Below, piece by piece: positions 33,697 to 44,200 of a DNA stretch of 55,946 nucleotides (the stretch's first letter is position 1; every line of letters starts with the position of its first letter). Below the pieces are notes generated by a model. The model had not been told where the DNA came from. It worked only from the letters and a program-made list of their open reading frames with translations, and did no database searches. The translations under genes were made by a program, and so were the position numbers. The stretch comes from a virus (taxonomy: Duplodnaviria; Caudoviricetes). The stretch covers positions 1 to 55,946 of IMG/VR virus record IMGVR_UViG_3300032076_000005; one strand, written 5' to 3'.

Positions 33697-35615
33697 CACA
33701 CTCTCCGTCCTCTCGTCATCGGAACAAACTCGATCGAGTCAAGATCAAAGTCCTGCCCCTCAGTTATCAGATCGAACGCGATGTAGGTCGTGCTGATTCC
33801 CTTGCCGATCCGAACCTTGGTCGTCATCAAGTTCGGCTGCGCTCGCAGCTCGTAGACATATTCGCGCCCGTCGCCGGAAACCAGCTTGAGGTAGAACCGG
33901 CCGCCACCGCGGATCGCGACATAAGCACCCTTGATGCCGAACAGCTTCTTATCGTTGAGCTGGAGGTAGCCGCTCATCAGCTCGGCAATGATCGACGCGC
34001 CATCGTCAGTGTCGCCATCCAGCTCGTAGAGCCCGTCTTCGTCGGCCGCGATGTAGCGGTCACCCATCTTGGTGAACGACCGGAAATCATAGTTCATGTA
34101 TTCGGTAACCGCGTTGGTCCTGGTGTTCACCGCCCAGGTTGTTGTGGTTCCAGACGGGCTGATGTAGAGCGCGTTGATGATCACGCCGTCGAGCAGCTCA
34201 TCACCCTGGTAGAGCAGCTGGAGCAGCTGCTCGGAGCTGACCTGGATGTTGCCGACAAGCTGCAAGGTGAGCGTGTTGGTGAGCTTCGGAGAAAGCGCGA
34301 TCAGCTCGGCCATGTTGCCGACGGCGAAATACTGTCGGCTCACGGCATCATGCACCGTGACCATATCTGCCAGCAGCATCGCGGCGAAGTGGTAGTGGCC
34401 GATAATGTCGTCGAGAACGATGCGCCCGACAAGTGACAGGTGGTAGTTGAGCGTAGGCGATGCCGCGCTCGCCACCAGCGCCTTTTGCAGCAGCTTCAAG
34501 CTATACGCCATGAAGCTCGATGAAGACAAAGTGATATGCTCGCTCAGAGTAAGCGCGCGCCGGACCTGGAACGCTTCGCTGAGCTTGAACAGCTGCGCCA
34601 GAGCCCTGTGGTAGACTCCGCCAGCGATTACGATAGGAGAGACCTTGATGATCTCTTTTATCGCCCGACCCCAGATGAACTTGGGGCTCAGTGCCTGGGA
34701 TAGGTGGAAGCTCTCGATCAGGCTGAGGAGCGCATTCCAAGCGGGTGCCAGTGTCGGGCGCACACGGATCGGCGTGATCAGCTCGTAATGATAGTTCGTG
34801 TGCGTTGCCGAGCTGAGATGGAAGCTGAAGGAATCCTTCGCCCGCATCACCCATTTCCACCTGAGCGCAGCGCTCATGGTGAGGCCGGCGTCACGCAGCA
34901 CCACCCGCATCCGGAACACGATCCGCTGGGTCGGCGTGAGGCGCATGTTGTGAGCTAAGTAAAGGTGGTAAGTCATCCGCGCAGCCGGCCTGGGCTGGTG
35001 GGCGAAAACAACACCGTCCTGCAACCGGTCGGTCATCGGTATGACCGGCGGCGTGTAGGAGATCGCCACCATGTCCGCCCAGCCGTCCATCTGGCCCATC
35101 GCGGCACCGGCTTCGGTGATCGCGATGAACGAGGAGGTGCCGTCCATCTGGGCCGCGCCGTTAACCACCGTGCCGCCACCGGCAGCCATGGACGCGAAGC
35201 CGTCCAGGCGAGCCGCGGCATGGGTCACGGCCAGGGTATCGCCGAGCACGTCGGCATGGCCGTCCATCTGAGCCACGCCGACGAACCGACGGGAGCCGAC
35301 GGCAGCCATGGAGGCGACGCCGTTCATCTGGCCCGCGGCGAACTTTATGATGCTGCCGCGCGCGTTCACGTCGGCGTGGCCGTCCATCTGGCCAGCAGCC
35401 GGCAGGATGTAGGCGACGGTCCGCCATTCCTCGACGCCAACCTGGGTGACCCAGAGCTGCGGCGGGATGACCGGTCCCCATTGTTCCGCACCCACCTGGG
35501 TGACCTGCGCGTTCGACGGAGCGGGCGTCGCCCACTGCTCCAACGCAACTTGTGTGACGTTGACTGTGGTCGTTAGCGGCTGGACGCTGTCTCTGGTGGC
35601 GGGATCATCGGACAT
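33696..35615 (-). CDS. Tail protein: VTQ..EQW repeats, GQMDG repeats, conserved C-terminal tail domain
   Basis: C-terminal WAVNTRTNAVTEY.NYDF.SF...GLYELDGDTDDG...V.IGKG. Confidence 0.75.
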   Translation of the reverse strand: MSDDPATRDSVQPLTTTVNVTQVALEQWATPAPSNAQVTQVGAEQWGPVIPPQLWVTQVGVEEWRTVAYILPAAGQMDGHADVNARGSIIKFAAGQMNGVASMAAVGSRRFVGVAQMDGHADVLGDTLAVTHAAARLDGFASMAAGGGTVVNGAAQMDGTSSFIAITEAGAAMGQMDGWADMVAISYTPPVIPMTDRLQDGVVFAHQPRPAARMTYHLYLAHNMRLTPTQRIVFRMRVVLRDAGLTMSAALRWKWVMRAKDSFSFHLSSATHTNYHYELITPIRVRPTLAPAWNALLSLIESFHLSQALSPKFIWGRAIKEIIKVSPIVIAGGVYHRALAQLFKLSEAFQVRRALTLSEHITLSSSSFMAYSLKLLQKALVASAASPTLNYHLSLVGRIVLDDIIGHYHFAAMLLADMVTVHDAVSRQYFAVGNMAELIALSPKLTNTLTLQLVGNIQVSSEQLLQLLYQGDELLDGVIINALYISPSGTTTTWAVNTRTNAVTEYMNYDFRSFTKMGDRYIAADEDGLYELDGDTDDGASIIAELMSGYLQLNDKKLFGIKGAYVAIRGGGRFYLKLVSGDGREYVYELRAQPNLMTTKVRIGKGISTTYIAFDLITEGQDFDLDSIEFVPMTRGRRV

Positions 35616-35619
35616 CGCA

Positions 35620-37110
35620 TCAGCTTACTAGGACCGGACCGACCTGGATGGCGTCGACTGCGTCGCGCGTCCACGTTACGCCCGTGTGCGGGTCGACGAG
35701 ATCGGTGCGGGAGACCCAGGACCAGCTGGCGGCGTTTGGCGTGATCGGCGGCGATTGTGCGACCGTGCCACCCGACTTGACCTGCACCGCCGCCGTGCGG
35801 GACCCGGCATCAGCCCGCTGCATGAAGGCGCGAGTGGTGACGGCGATGACCCCGACCGGCTGAGGGAGGAGGGCAGGGATACCGTAAAGGTCATTGTCTC
35901 CTACGTTAGAGTCGTAGAGGTAGCTCGTGAGAGCATCTTGCTGTGGCTCGTTGACGAACGCGGCATTGGCCGCTGGAACCAGGACGAGCGTGGAAGCGAT
36001 AGTCTGGGCGCTGCCGCTGGTGAGGGTAACCGGAGTCGTGGGAGGCCAGCTCGCGTAGGGCGTCGCATCGCTGAAATAACCGGTGGCCGGCAGCCCTCCT
36101 GCCGCCGAACCGCCAGTCGAACTGACGCAGAACGCGACCCAATATTGCACACCCACGGTCACCGTTACAGCCGGTGAGAAAGTAAACGTGGCCCCTGACG
36201 ATGGCGCGGTCACCGGCGCTGTTGCCGCCTGGATCAGAGTTCCAGGCTGGCCAGCATTGTCGGCGAACAGGGCACATTTTAGATTGCCGGTTAGCGGCCC
36301 GCTTTGGAATATGGCAGTCGAGATGGTGCCGGTGGCGATCGGTATGAATTGGCCATACCAAGCACGATTCGCGGCGATGGCCACGCTGTACGAACTGCCG
36401 AAAACGACGTTGCGCGATCCCACGCTTGTAAATTGTTTCTGCACGTCAGTCGCTGGCATCCGCGTGTTGCAGCGAATATCGCCGATCCACGGCACCGCCG
36501 TCGGGTCCGAGCGCCAGAGGAGATCGTCAAAGAACTGCAAACCGGACGCTGACGCGCTGGTGTTGATCCTGATCTGGTTTGCGTAATTATTCGCTGAGCC
36601 ATTGCGCGTGTTGAGGCCTGTCGCCTGGAAACTATTAATCAAGCTACCATTAGTTCGCACGGTAAACGAACCCGCGGTTGGATGAATGACAACCTCGAAC
36701 TCGTAGGCATACCAAGTGTTGATTAAGCTGAACGCACCGGTATAGGTTGCCAGCACGGTGCCGCTTCCGAAATCCCCTGACGTCAGGAGGATTGCCCCGT
36801 CACCACGGAACAGCACGCTGCATTGAATTGACCCGTTATCGGCGAACGTGATGGCGAGGCCCGCCGTGCCACTCGGGCCGAAGTTCTGGTTATAGGCAAC
36901 GGTGACATGATGGACGGCGTCATTATGACCGCTCGTCTTCACCAGAAACGGGGTGCTGCTGATGTGGCCACTAAACCCTATGCTCTGCCCACCAAAGCGA
37001 CCAGGATTATTCGTGCTCCAGTTCGAGCTGAAGCCGCCCGCATCCCAGTAATTGTTGTAAAAATCATTGACCGAGGCATAGAGATCGAAGCCATCACCGA
37101 AGAGATACAT
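35620..37110 (-). CDS. Beta-rich tail/fibre-associated protein, paralog 2 (F.DGFD.Y family)
   Basis: 496 aa; concanavalin-like N-terminal half; DPHTGVTWT near the C-terminus. Confidence 0.75.
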   Translation of the reverse strand: MYLFGDGFDLYASVNDFYNNYWDAGGFSSNWSTNNPGRFGGQSIGFSGHISSTPFLVKTSGHNDAVHHVTVAYNQNFGPSGTAGLAITFADNGSIQCSVLFRGDGAILLTSGDFGSGTVLATYTGAFSLINTWYAYEFEVVIHPTAGSFTVRTNGSLINSFQATGLNTRNGSANNYANQIRINTSASASGLQFFDDLLWRSDPTAVPWIGDIRCNTRMPATDVQKQFTSVGSRNVVFGSSYSVAIAANRAWYGQFIPIATGTISTAIFQSGPLTGNLKCALFADNAGQPGTLIQAATAPVTAPSSGATFTFSPAVTVTVGVQYWVAFCVSSTGGSAAGGLPATGYFSDATPYASWPPTTPVTLTSGSAQTIASTLVLVPAANAAFVNEPQQDALTSYLYDSNVGDNDLYGIPALLPQPVGVIAVTTRAFMQRADAGSRTAAVQVKSGGTVAQSPPITPNAASWSWVSRTDLVDPHTGVTWTRDAVDAIQVGPVLVS

Positions 37111-37117
37111 GGCTCCC

Positions 37118-38608
37118 TCACACTGTCACGATTGGCCCGATCTGGACGTTGTTGACTCCAGTCGCGGTCCACGCCGCGCCAGTCGCCGGGTCGGTGAAGT
37201 CCGTGCGATAGTTCCAAGAGAACCCCGTAGTCATCGGCGTCGATGGCGACGTCACCGTGGTCGAACCGCTCTTGAGCTGCACCGCACTTGATCGTGTGCC
37301 CGCGTCGCTCTTCTGCAGAAAGGCCCGCGTCGTCACGCATATCGTCGAGGCTGGCGTAGTCGGGAGCGAAGCGATCCCGTAGAAATCGGCATCCCCCACG
37401 TTGCTATCATAGACGTAAGTAGTAGTGCCGTCCTGTTGGTGCTCGCTGACCATATCGGCATTATACTGAGCCGTGAAGCTGATCACACAGCCTGGACAGT
37501 TGGCAGTTGATATGACACCTCCAGGGTTAGAAACTGGCCAAGACGCATAAGTCTGAGTCAGAGTAACAGCCGTAGAACTCTGATTGTTGTAAGTGATGGA
37601 CGCATCCTGATTGATTCCAAACCAGTAGTTCTGTCCTTGTAAAACCCGAGCTGGAGAGGGAAAGGTGATAGTGATGACAGCATTTCCAGGATTGGTGATT
37701 TCAGTTGCAGTTGCTAGTAGTGTGCCGACACTGCCGTCAGTGTTTGCAGAAAATAGCGCAACCTTGAAGTGGCCAGTACCTCCACCGCCGCTGCCATCAC
37801 ATCGAACTGTACCTCCGGGTACAGACCCACTTGCCGCTGCTGTGAACGATACGTAGTGTACCGTATTCGCTCCATAGGGGGTCATAGCACCGGTGCCACC
37901 TACAACAGTTTGGTTAGGAGGATTGGGCCCTCTTGTGAACTGTACTGTTACATCTGTTGACGGCATCCGTGTGTAGCTGCGAATGTCACCAGCCCATGGC
38001 ACGGCCGACGGATCGCTGCGCCAAAAAAGATCGTCAATGTTAAAATTTCCAAACCCAGTAGCACCCATGCCGACGATAAGTGCGTTCGCATAGTTGTTGC
38101 TCGTGCCGGCGCGGGTGTTAAGACTCCCGAGCGTATGATCCGCCGTGCCGGTGTTGCCGCTCTTCTTGATCGTCCAGCTCCCAGTCGTGTTGTTGATCAC
38201 GACCTCAACCTCGAACACAAACCATTGGTTTACCATCGGATTCAGGGAATAGGTATCAAGAAGGGTGCCGCCGTTCGATCCGCTGTAGAGCGCAAGTGAA
38301 CCGTCGCTTCTGATCGCAACAGTGGCCTGCGCCGTCGCGCCATCGCGGAATGTGAAATACGTTCCTTGCGTGGTACCGGAGATTGCACTGGTAAATATGA
38401 AAGCAAGGTTGATGTGGTGGACTGCGTCGTTCTGACCGGACGATTTACTGAATGACCAGTTGTTAGCGGGGCCCCAGGACCTGCCTCCAGCAAAGCGCCC
38501 GGGCTGGCCTACCAATGATCCAAAGCCGGCAGTGTAGGTATCCCAAAAGCCGGGCGATACATCACTGGCCGCCGTATACAGATCGAAGCTGTCGCCAAAA
38601 GCAAACAT
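37118..38608 (-). CDS. Beta-rich tail/fibre-associated protein, paralog 1
   Basis: 496 aa; colinear with 35620-37110 (NDAVHH, NNYAN, DDL.WRSDP.AVPW.GDIR..TRMP, YDSNVGD). Confidence 0.75.
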   Translation of the reverse strand: MFAFGDSFDLYTAASDVSPGFWDTYTAGFGSLVGQPGRFAGGRSWGPANNWSFSKSSGQNDAVHHINLAFIFTSAISGTTQGTYFTFRDGATAQATVAIRSDGSLALYSGSNGGTLLDTYSLNPMVNQWFVFEVEVVINNTTGSWTIKKSGNTGTADHTLGSLNTRAGTSNNYANALIVGMGATGFGNFNIDDLFWRSDPSAVPWAGDIRSYTRMPSTDVTVQFTRGPNPPNQTVVGGTGAMTPYGANTVHYVSFTAAASGSVPGGTVRCDGSGGGGTGHFKVALFSANTDGSVGTLLATATEITNPGNAVITITFPSPARVLQGQNYWFGINQDASITYNNQSSTAVTLTQTYASWPVSNPGGVISTANCPGCVISFTAQYNADMVSEHQQDGTTTYVYDSNVGDADFYGIASLPTTPASTICVTTRAFLQKSDAGTRSSAVQLKSGSTTVTSPSTPMTTGFSWNYRTDFTDPATGAAWTATGVNNVQIGPIVTV

Positions 38609-38625
38609 TGCACGATCTCTCCATG

Positions 38626-39060
38626 TCAGCTCTCGGTAATGGTCGTGCCTGTGGTAAGCTGCGGTGCCACGCCAGCCGTCACGGAGAGGCTTGGTGTGAT
38701 CGGCCCTCGATAAAGTATCGTGCCAGCTCCGGTCGGTGCTATGCCGACCGCACAGTAAACCTCCGTCTCGCTGCCTCCAGTCGCGGTTGGGAAGACCACC
38801 GACGACGTCAGTGTTGCTGCTGTGCCGGACACGCTAAAACCCAGGCCCGTCCTCGGCACCGATTGCCGGGCGTAGCCGGTGTAAGCCGCCTCGTTGCTGG
38901 TCTGGTTCCCTCCGACGCCAGGGTCGGCCGTGTGCAGCGACAGAAAAAGTTGGGTCAGCGGCGTCGATGCCGCGTTATCGGCGATGCCTGGAATACTCGT
39001 GCCGTTCAGAATCAACGCCAAGAGTTGGTTGTCGAACGTATTTCCCTTCCCGCCCGCCAA
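38626..39060 (-). CDS. Virion structural protein, LHTADPG family (tail-side copy)
   Basis: AGGAGG RBS + TTG start; paralog of 52843-53280. Confidence 0.8.
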   Translation of the reverse strand: MAGGKGNTFDNQLLALILNGTSIPGIADNAASTPLTQLFLSLHTADPGVGGNQTSNEAAYTGYARQSVPRTGLGFSVSGTAATLTSSVVFPTATGGSETEVYCAVGIAPTGAGTILYRGPITPSLSVTAGVAPQLTTGTTITES

Positions 39061-39069
39061 ATCAGCCTC

Positions 39070-39123
39070 CTATATGATAGAATCGTAGTTTAGTAGCTCC
39101 CTAAGTCTATCTTGTGTAATCAT
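39070..39123 (-). pseudogene. 17-codon remnant of an HNH homing endonuclease gene
   Basis: MITQDRLRELLNYDSII*, matching the typical MLTQERLKELLxYDPxTG start of phage HNH/AP2 endonucleases; AT-rich; ATGA-coupled. Confidence 0.65.
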
Positions 39124-39668
39124 GCTGAAGCCGCAGTAAATGTATATGTGAGCTGTAATATGTCGGAGTTGACCACCGATTTCGCCGAGCCGAACTGAGC
39201 ACCGGAGAACAGCGTGCCGCTGGTGCCGTTGATCGCCGACGACGAGATCAGGAACGCACCGTAAACTGTCAGGGTGCCGTTGAAGGTAAATGATGCCTGA
39301 TTCGCTGCATTGGTGATCGACTGCGCTGCCGGCGGCACCGACGTCCATTGCTGCCGGGTGCCGGCCGTGTATTGCGTGACCTCACCGGCATTGGCGGAAA
39401 TCGTCGCTGCTGTGTCGCTTGCCAGAATGGTGTAGTTATTGGAGAACAGGCCGATATACCACGCGGTCACCACCGACTGAGCGCCGAGTGCGGCCCCAAG
39501 GAGGTAGTTAAGCCCCTGGTTGACAACAATGTTCTCGACATCGAACTCGTCGATCACCCGCTTGTCTCGGATGATCCTTCCCAAGAAGCGTCCGCCAAGG
39601 ATAGCCTTGGGCATCAGCAAGCGCCGATCGGGAACCAGCAACGGCGTGCGAGGCGGAGTCGGGAACAT
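39120..39668 (-). CDS. Virion structural protein (distant relative of the LHTADPG family)
   Basis: TAAGGAG RBS before ATG 39668; NIVVNQGLNYLL..WYIGLF..TN.A..ASFTF..YGAFL. Confidence 0.8.
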   Translation of the reverse strand: MFPTPPRTPLLVPDRRLLMPKAILGGRFLGRIIRDKRVIDEFDVENIVVNQGLNYLLGAALGAQSVVTAWYIGLFSNNYTILASDTAATISANAGEVTQYTAGTRQQWTSVPPAAQSITNAANQASFTFNGTLTVYGAFLISSSAINGTSGTLFSGAQFGSAKSVVNSDILQLTYTFTAASA

Positions 39669-39692
39669 GGAGACACTCCTTAGGGTTGCATC

Positions 39693-40091
39693 ATGAGCAT
39701 CTGGCAGAGCGGAACTTTCTATATCGGCGAGACCTGGAACATCTCCGGCTTCGTTCGAGACGCCAACGGCATCATCGTCGACCTCACTGGGGCCACCATA
39801 CAATTACGCATCACGCTAGACAATTCGGTGATCTTTGACTTGGTCGGCACGATCCTGCCGCCCGCTACCGCGGGTGCCTACCTGTTCGAGATCACCCCCG
39901 ACATGCAGGCACAGGCCAACGTAGCACTAACCACCTACCGATTCGAAGTTCGAGCCACGTTCTCCGACGGGACCGTGACTGTCCAGAACACCGGCGAGAT
40001 CACCGTCGTCCCCTCTAAGTTCGTCGATTTCCCTCTCCCAACAAGTGTTATCCTAGTCGAGCAGATGACCATCGGGGCAAGCCCATCTTAG
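39693..40091 (+). CDS. BppU-N-like Ig-fold protein, antisense to the late operon
   Basis: GET..I...D.NG..VDLTGATI.L...G......T......Y.FEV..T..DG.V.....G.I.V pattern. Confidence 0.7.
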   Translation: MSIWQSGTFYIGETWNISGFVRDANGIIVDLTGATIQLRITLDNSVIFDLVGTILPPATAGAYLFEITPDMQAQANVALTTYRFEVRATFSDGTVTVQNTGEITVVPSKFVDFPLPTSVILVEQMTIGASPS

Positions 40092-40113
40092 GCGACCGCC
40101 CTCCGTCGGTTCA

Positions 40114-41247
40114 TCATGGTCTCCCGTTGGGGAACCCGCTCCCCCTGATTATGGTCACGTCCAGGTAGTCACCGATCGCCGCCCCCTGCGTCGGCGAGCC
40201 ACCACTTTCTAATGTAGTAATATACTGGTTCATGCCATCTTGCCGACGATACATCGCCACCGCACTCAGCGAATCGGGGAAGACGTATTTTTGCTCCGTC
40301 ATGTTGGTTGTGTGGCCGCCAGACGAAGCGATGCAAACCCCCTTGGTCGTCATGAATATGATCGACACCTCGACCGGAGTCGTTGCCGTGGTTGGCACCT
40401 GTGGCGGATTTGCAAGCTCAGAGGGGATATCTACCTTAGAACCAGGGATCACGCCCGAGTCCATGACTCGCGTGCGCTTCATGTTAGCGTAGGTCTCTCC
40501 GGTCAGGAACCAAAGACCCTCTCTCGTCCCGACATAGATGCCGTCAAGGACCGTCCCAAGCATGGTAATCTCAGCTTCAAACAGCTTGTATCCAGCTGTC
40601 GCATCGACAAAATTATAGAGATACAGCTCAGTCGCCCACAACGTGGGGCCATGACTAAGATACAACCGACCATTAAAATAGGTAATGCAGGTCGCGTAGG
40701 GTGGCTGCTTCAAGAACCGCCCGGCGATCGGTGGCAACGTCTCCGTCGGATTGACCACCGGCGAAAGCCAGAGGTCGGTAGGATCGCCCCAATCACTCCA
40801 GCTACGACCCGGAATATTCACGATGCCGCGATCAACTGGACTCACGTAATAAACGTTATCGCCAACTTGGGAGTAGACTAACTGCGGCGTGCCAGCGGAC
40901 GGGTCCGCACCGACCGGCATCAGGAATTCATACGAATAGTCAGGATTGATTATACCAAGACTTCCGTTGACGACCCCCAGGACCACGCCCTCATACGACG
41001 TGAACAACGAGTGCACGTCACCCGGGAGCTTCAACTTATAGCCACGTCGTCTAGATGGCTGTCCACTGTCATCGAGCACGACATTTCGAGCACGGACCAA
41101 ATCCTTATCACCCAACCGCTCAGGCTGCAGCGTGTTCTTGAGACCGTCCCAGCTGTTTAGAATCTTTCCAGCCTCGGGAGGTGCCGGCAATGAAACGCCC
41201 GATTGCTCTATAGCCTGGATGTTACCCCGAGATCGTAGCGCCATCAC
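40114..41247 (-). CDS. Tail nozzle/stabilisation-like beta-propeller protein
   Basis: WDGLKN...LVRARNVVLDDSG...RRRGY N-terminus and beta-rich repeats. Confidence 0.65.
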   Translation of the reverse strand: MMALRSRGNIQAIEQSGVSLPAPPEAGKILNSWDGLKNTLQPERLGDKDLVRARNVVLDDSGQPSRRRGYKLKLPGDVHSLFTSYEGVVLGVVNGSLGIINPDYSYEFLMPVGADPSAGTPQLVYSQVGDNVYYVSPVDRGIVNIPGRSWSDWGDPTDLWLSPVVNPTETLPPIAGRFLKQPPYATCITYFNGRLYLSHGPTLWATELYLYNFVDATAGYKLFEAEITMLGTVLDGIYVGTREGLWFLTGETYANMKRTRVMDSGVIPGSKVDIPSELANPPQVPTTATTPVEVSIIFMTTKGVCIASSGGHTTNMTEQKYVFPDSLSAVAMYRRQDGMNQYITTLESGGSPTQGAAIGDYLDVTIIRGSGFPNGRP

Positions 41248-44200
41248 TGCACCGGTATGTTGCCGTAGCGCAGCGCCCCGCGCGCGCCGATGTCTCGCGG
41301 CGTCACACCGATCGGTAGGCCCATGCCTTTTGCCTGCGCCGACTGCCGCATGTGCACTTCAAGCTCACGCCCAAAGCTAGCCTGCGGCGGCTCCATGCCT
41401 GGATGGGTCCTTTGCCACTGCTGCGATTCGTTCATCCAAGTATTAAACATCCCACGGTCGCCGCGCATGTAGGCAGTCTCCAGATGCCGGACGATGTTCG
41501 ACGAATTCAACTCGCGCATGGTACGCAGCCCGGCCTCAGCCTTAGCCAGCTCCTGATACTCGGCTTCCTTCCCCGGATCGATCCCGAGCGCCGTCTTCGC
41601 AATATCCCAACCGTTCGCCGTAATCGGCAGCTTCTCGCCATTCAGGTTGTTGACGAACCCACGCTGACCGAGCCTGAAAGCCTCCATCGGTGCTTTCACG
41701 AACTCCGGTGCCATCCTAATCCCACCATTAAGAAAATCACCATTCATCATATCTCGTGCTGCATACGCGACGTTCGATATATCACCGACCCCAGCGCCGC
41801 CCATCGACTTGAACCAATCACGGAACCTGTCTTCAAGCTTGCGCTTCTCGAAAGCAATGGTGAGGGTCGACGAGCCGGGCACGATCGTCGCCTCGCCAAA
41901 ATGCGCAAAGTCCATCCCGACCGCGCGCGGCAATCCACGAGCAATGATCTCGCCCATGTCCTTGCCAAAGGTGTCCGACAGGAAACCGCGATACGCCGAC
42001 GTTAAGTCATGGTCATCCCGGTTGGTGACCCAGTTCATCAGCTGGTCGTAAACTGACGCCGCTACCGACAGCATCGGCATCCCCAGCGTGCCGGCGAACA
42101 TCGCAGTCGCTCCGGCATGACTGATCAGCCAGCGCGTCGCTTCCGGACGAGTGTCCGCGTTGAACATATCGCGGACCTCGTTGTAGATTTTGCCGGTCAT
42201 ACGAATCTGCCAGCCCATGAACTGGTTGATCAGCGGCGACACGCCGCCGAACATGCCACCGCGCGAAGTCTGCCGCGCGTTGAGACTGGCATCCCAGTTA
42301 CCCTGGCTATCGTTGATCGCCCGGTCGATGAACTGCTCGCGCGTCATCTGCACGCCAGTCCGCGGTTCGATGTAGGGTTTCGCGTTGTAAAGATCGTGCG
42401 CAGCAAAACCGGTCACCAGCCTGGGGATAAGCTCAGAGTAGAGCCCCAAAGCATTCGCTGCCTTCAGTATGTTGGGCGAGATATGCAGCACACTGGCCAA
42501 ATTCGAATGCTCGGTCATCTGCGTTGAATACATAGCCGTGCCCATGACCCCGCGCGACACCATCCCCATGACCTTGTCGATCAGCGGCTGGGAGAGCCCA
42601 TCCTTCTCCAATGCGTCGCGCGTGATTCCGGCCGTGTTCCAGTCGTCACCCTTGGTGATCGCCTTGACGACCGCCAGCGCATCAGGCAGCGCACGCTGGA
42701 AAGCTCCAAACGCCGCACCGTAACCATGCGTCTTGGCAAGCTCGGGGTAGCTGGTCGTCGCCAGCTGCGACATCAGCGTCAGGAAATACGCGGGCGATGA
42801 ACCGACATGGATGGTGTGCGAGAGATGCCGGATTGCATCGAGCGCGGTCGGCGGCACATAGGTCGACTTGAGCCGCTCGCGCAACATCAGCTCTCCAACA
42901 GCTTCCGAAGCCGCCAGCGACCTGTCGGTGCCGGGCTCGGTGTGGTTGAGATCGCGAACCTGATCCGCCATCTGCTTCGTCAACGAGCCAACCTCGTCGG
43001 CCATCGTCATGCGCCCAAGACTGCGGCTCATGACCTGCGAAGCGTAGTTCGCACTCTCCGACATATCCTTGCTGAAACCCTGGACGTTAGCGCGCCGCGC
43101 CATCACTCGACCGATTGAGTTCTCAGCCATCATGTTCAGCAGAGTGCGCTGCATGTCAGCGACCTGATCGCCGAACGCCCGATTCATTTGGTCCGTAGTG
43201 CCCTTATCGACTCCTTCGAGGTTCTTTGGCCGGTTCTCGATCATCGCGCCAACAGCCCGCCGCATGGCCGCCGGAGCAATCGAGTCAAACACCTGGGTCG
43301 CCTCGCCAGCACCAAGACTCTTAGCTTCCTGCGACACGAGGCCCTTTGCTTGCGCGTCCTGCATCACCCGAGTTAGCTCACGCATCTCGGCAGGAGTCTT
43401 CATGCGCGTGTAGAGCGTGTTGTTCTCACCGTTCAGCATGACCGCGATATTGTGGAACCCGTTGGCATCCAGATGCTCGTTGAGCTGCGCAAGCTTCTCC
43501 TGGTCCACTTTCCCCTGAGCATCAGTCGCCAGCTTGGCGGTGACGAAATAGTTGCCGTCTCGTCCGAGATGAAAATACGGTGCTTTCGCCACAGCATCGC
43601 GCCGATCAGCGACCTCTTTGAGAACGTCGTTGATACTGCCGACGTTAGCCTGCATGTTGTCGCGCTGCGTCTTCAAGTCCTGCAAGGTTTTCAACGCATC
43701 GTCCGATGCCCCGCCGGATTTACGCGCGGCATCCACTACAGTTTGCTGGAGCTTAACCGCATCATTCAGCGGCAGCTCACGACTGCCGATCGTCGCCTTC
43801 TGACCAGCCAGCTGATCGCGATATTTGCTCAGCGCGTCGACCTTGGCGGCAACGGCGTCCTTGAAGAATTTTTCGGTCTTCGTCGGATCGGTGTGTATGT
43901 CGGTACGACCGTCGAACGTCTTGAACACGTCCTGCGCGTCATACCCAGAAGGTGCCATCGCGCGCTCGACCGTCTGCAGCCGGTCCGTCAGGACAGCGTG
44001 GTAATCCGCCGACGCTTTCGCCCGCAGCGCCTCGTAGGCAGCCTCGCCGCCAGGAATAGCCTTGAGCTGATTCCACTTATCGATGATCTCCTGATACAGC
44101 TTCGTCCGGCCAGGATTACCTTGGATGTCTTGAGGTGCAGGCTTCTGCGGATCGAGTCCATAAAACGTCGCATCGGCCATGACACTGTGCAGCAGCTCCC

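Noticed and set aside
35620-38608. Diversity-generating retroelement acting on the paralogous tail genes
   Set aside because: No reverse transcriptase and no near-identical template/variable repeat pair with adenine-specific differences
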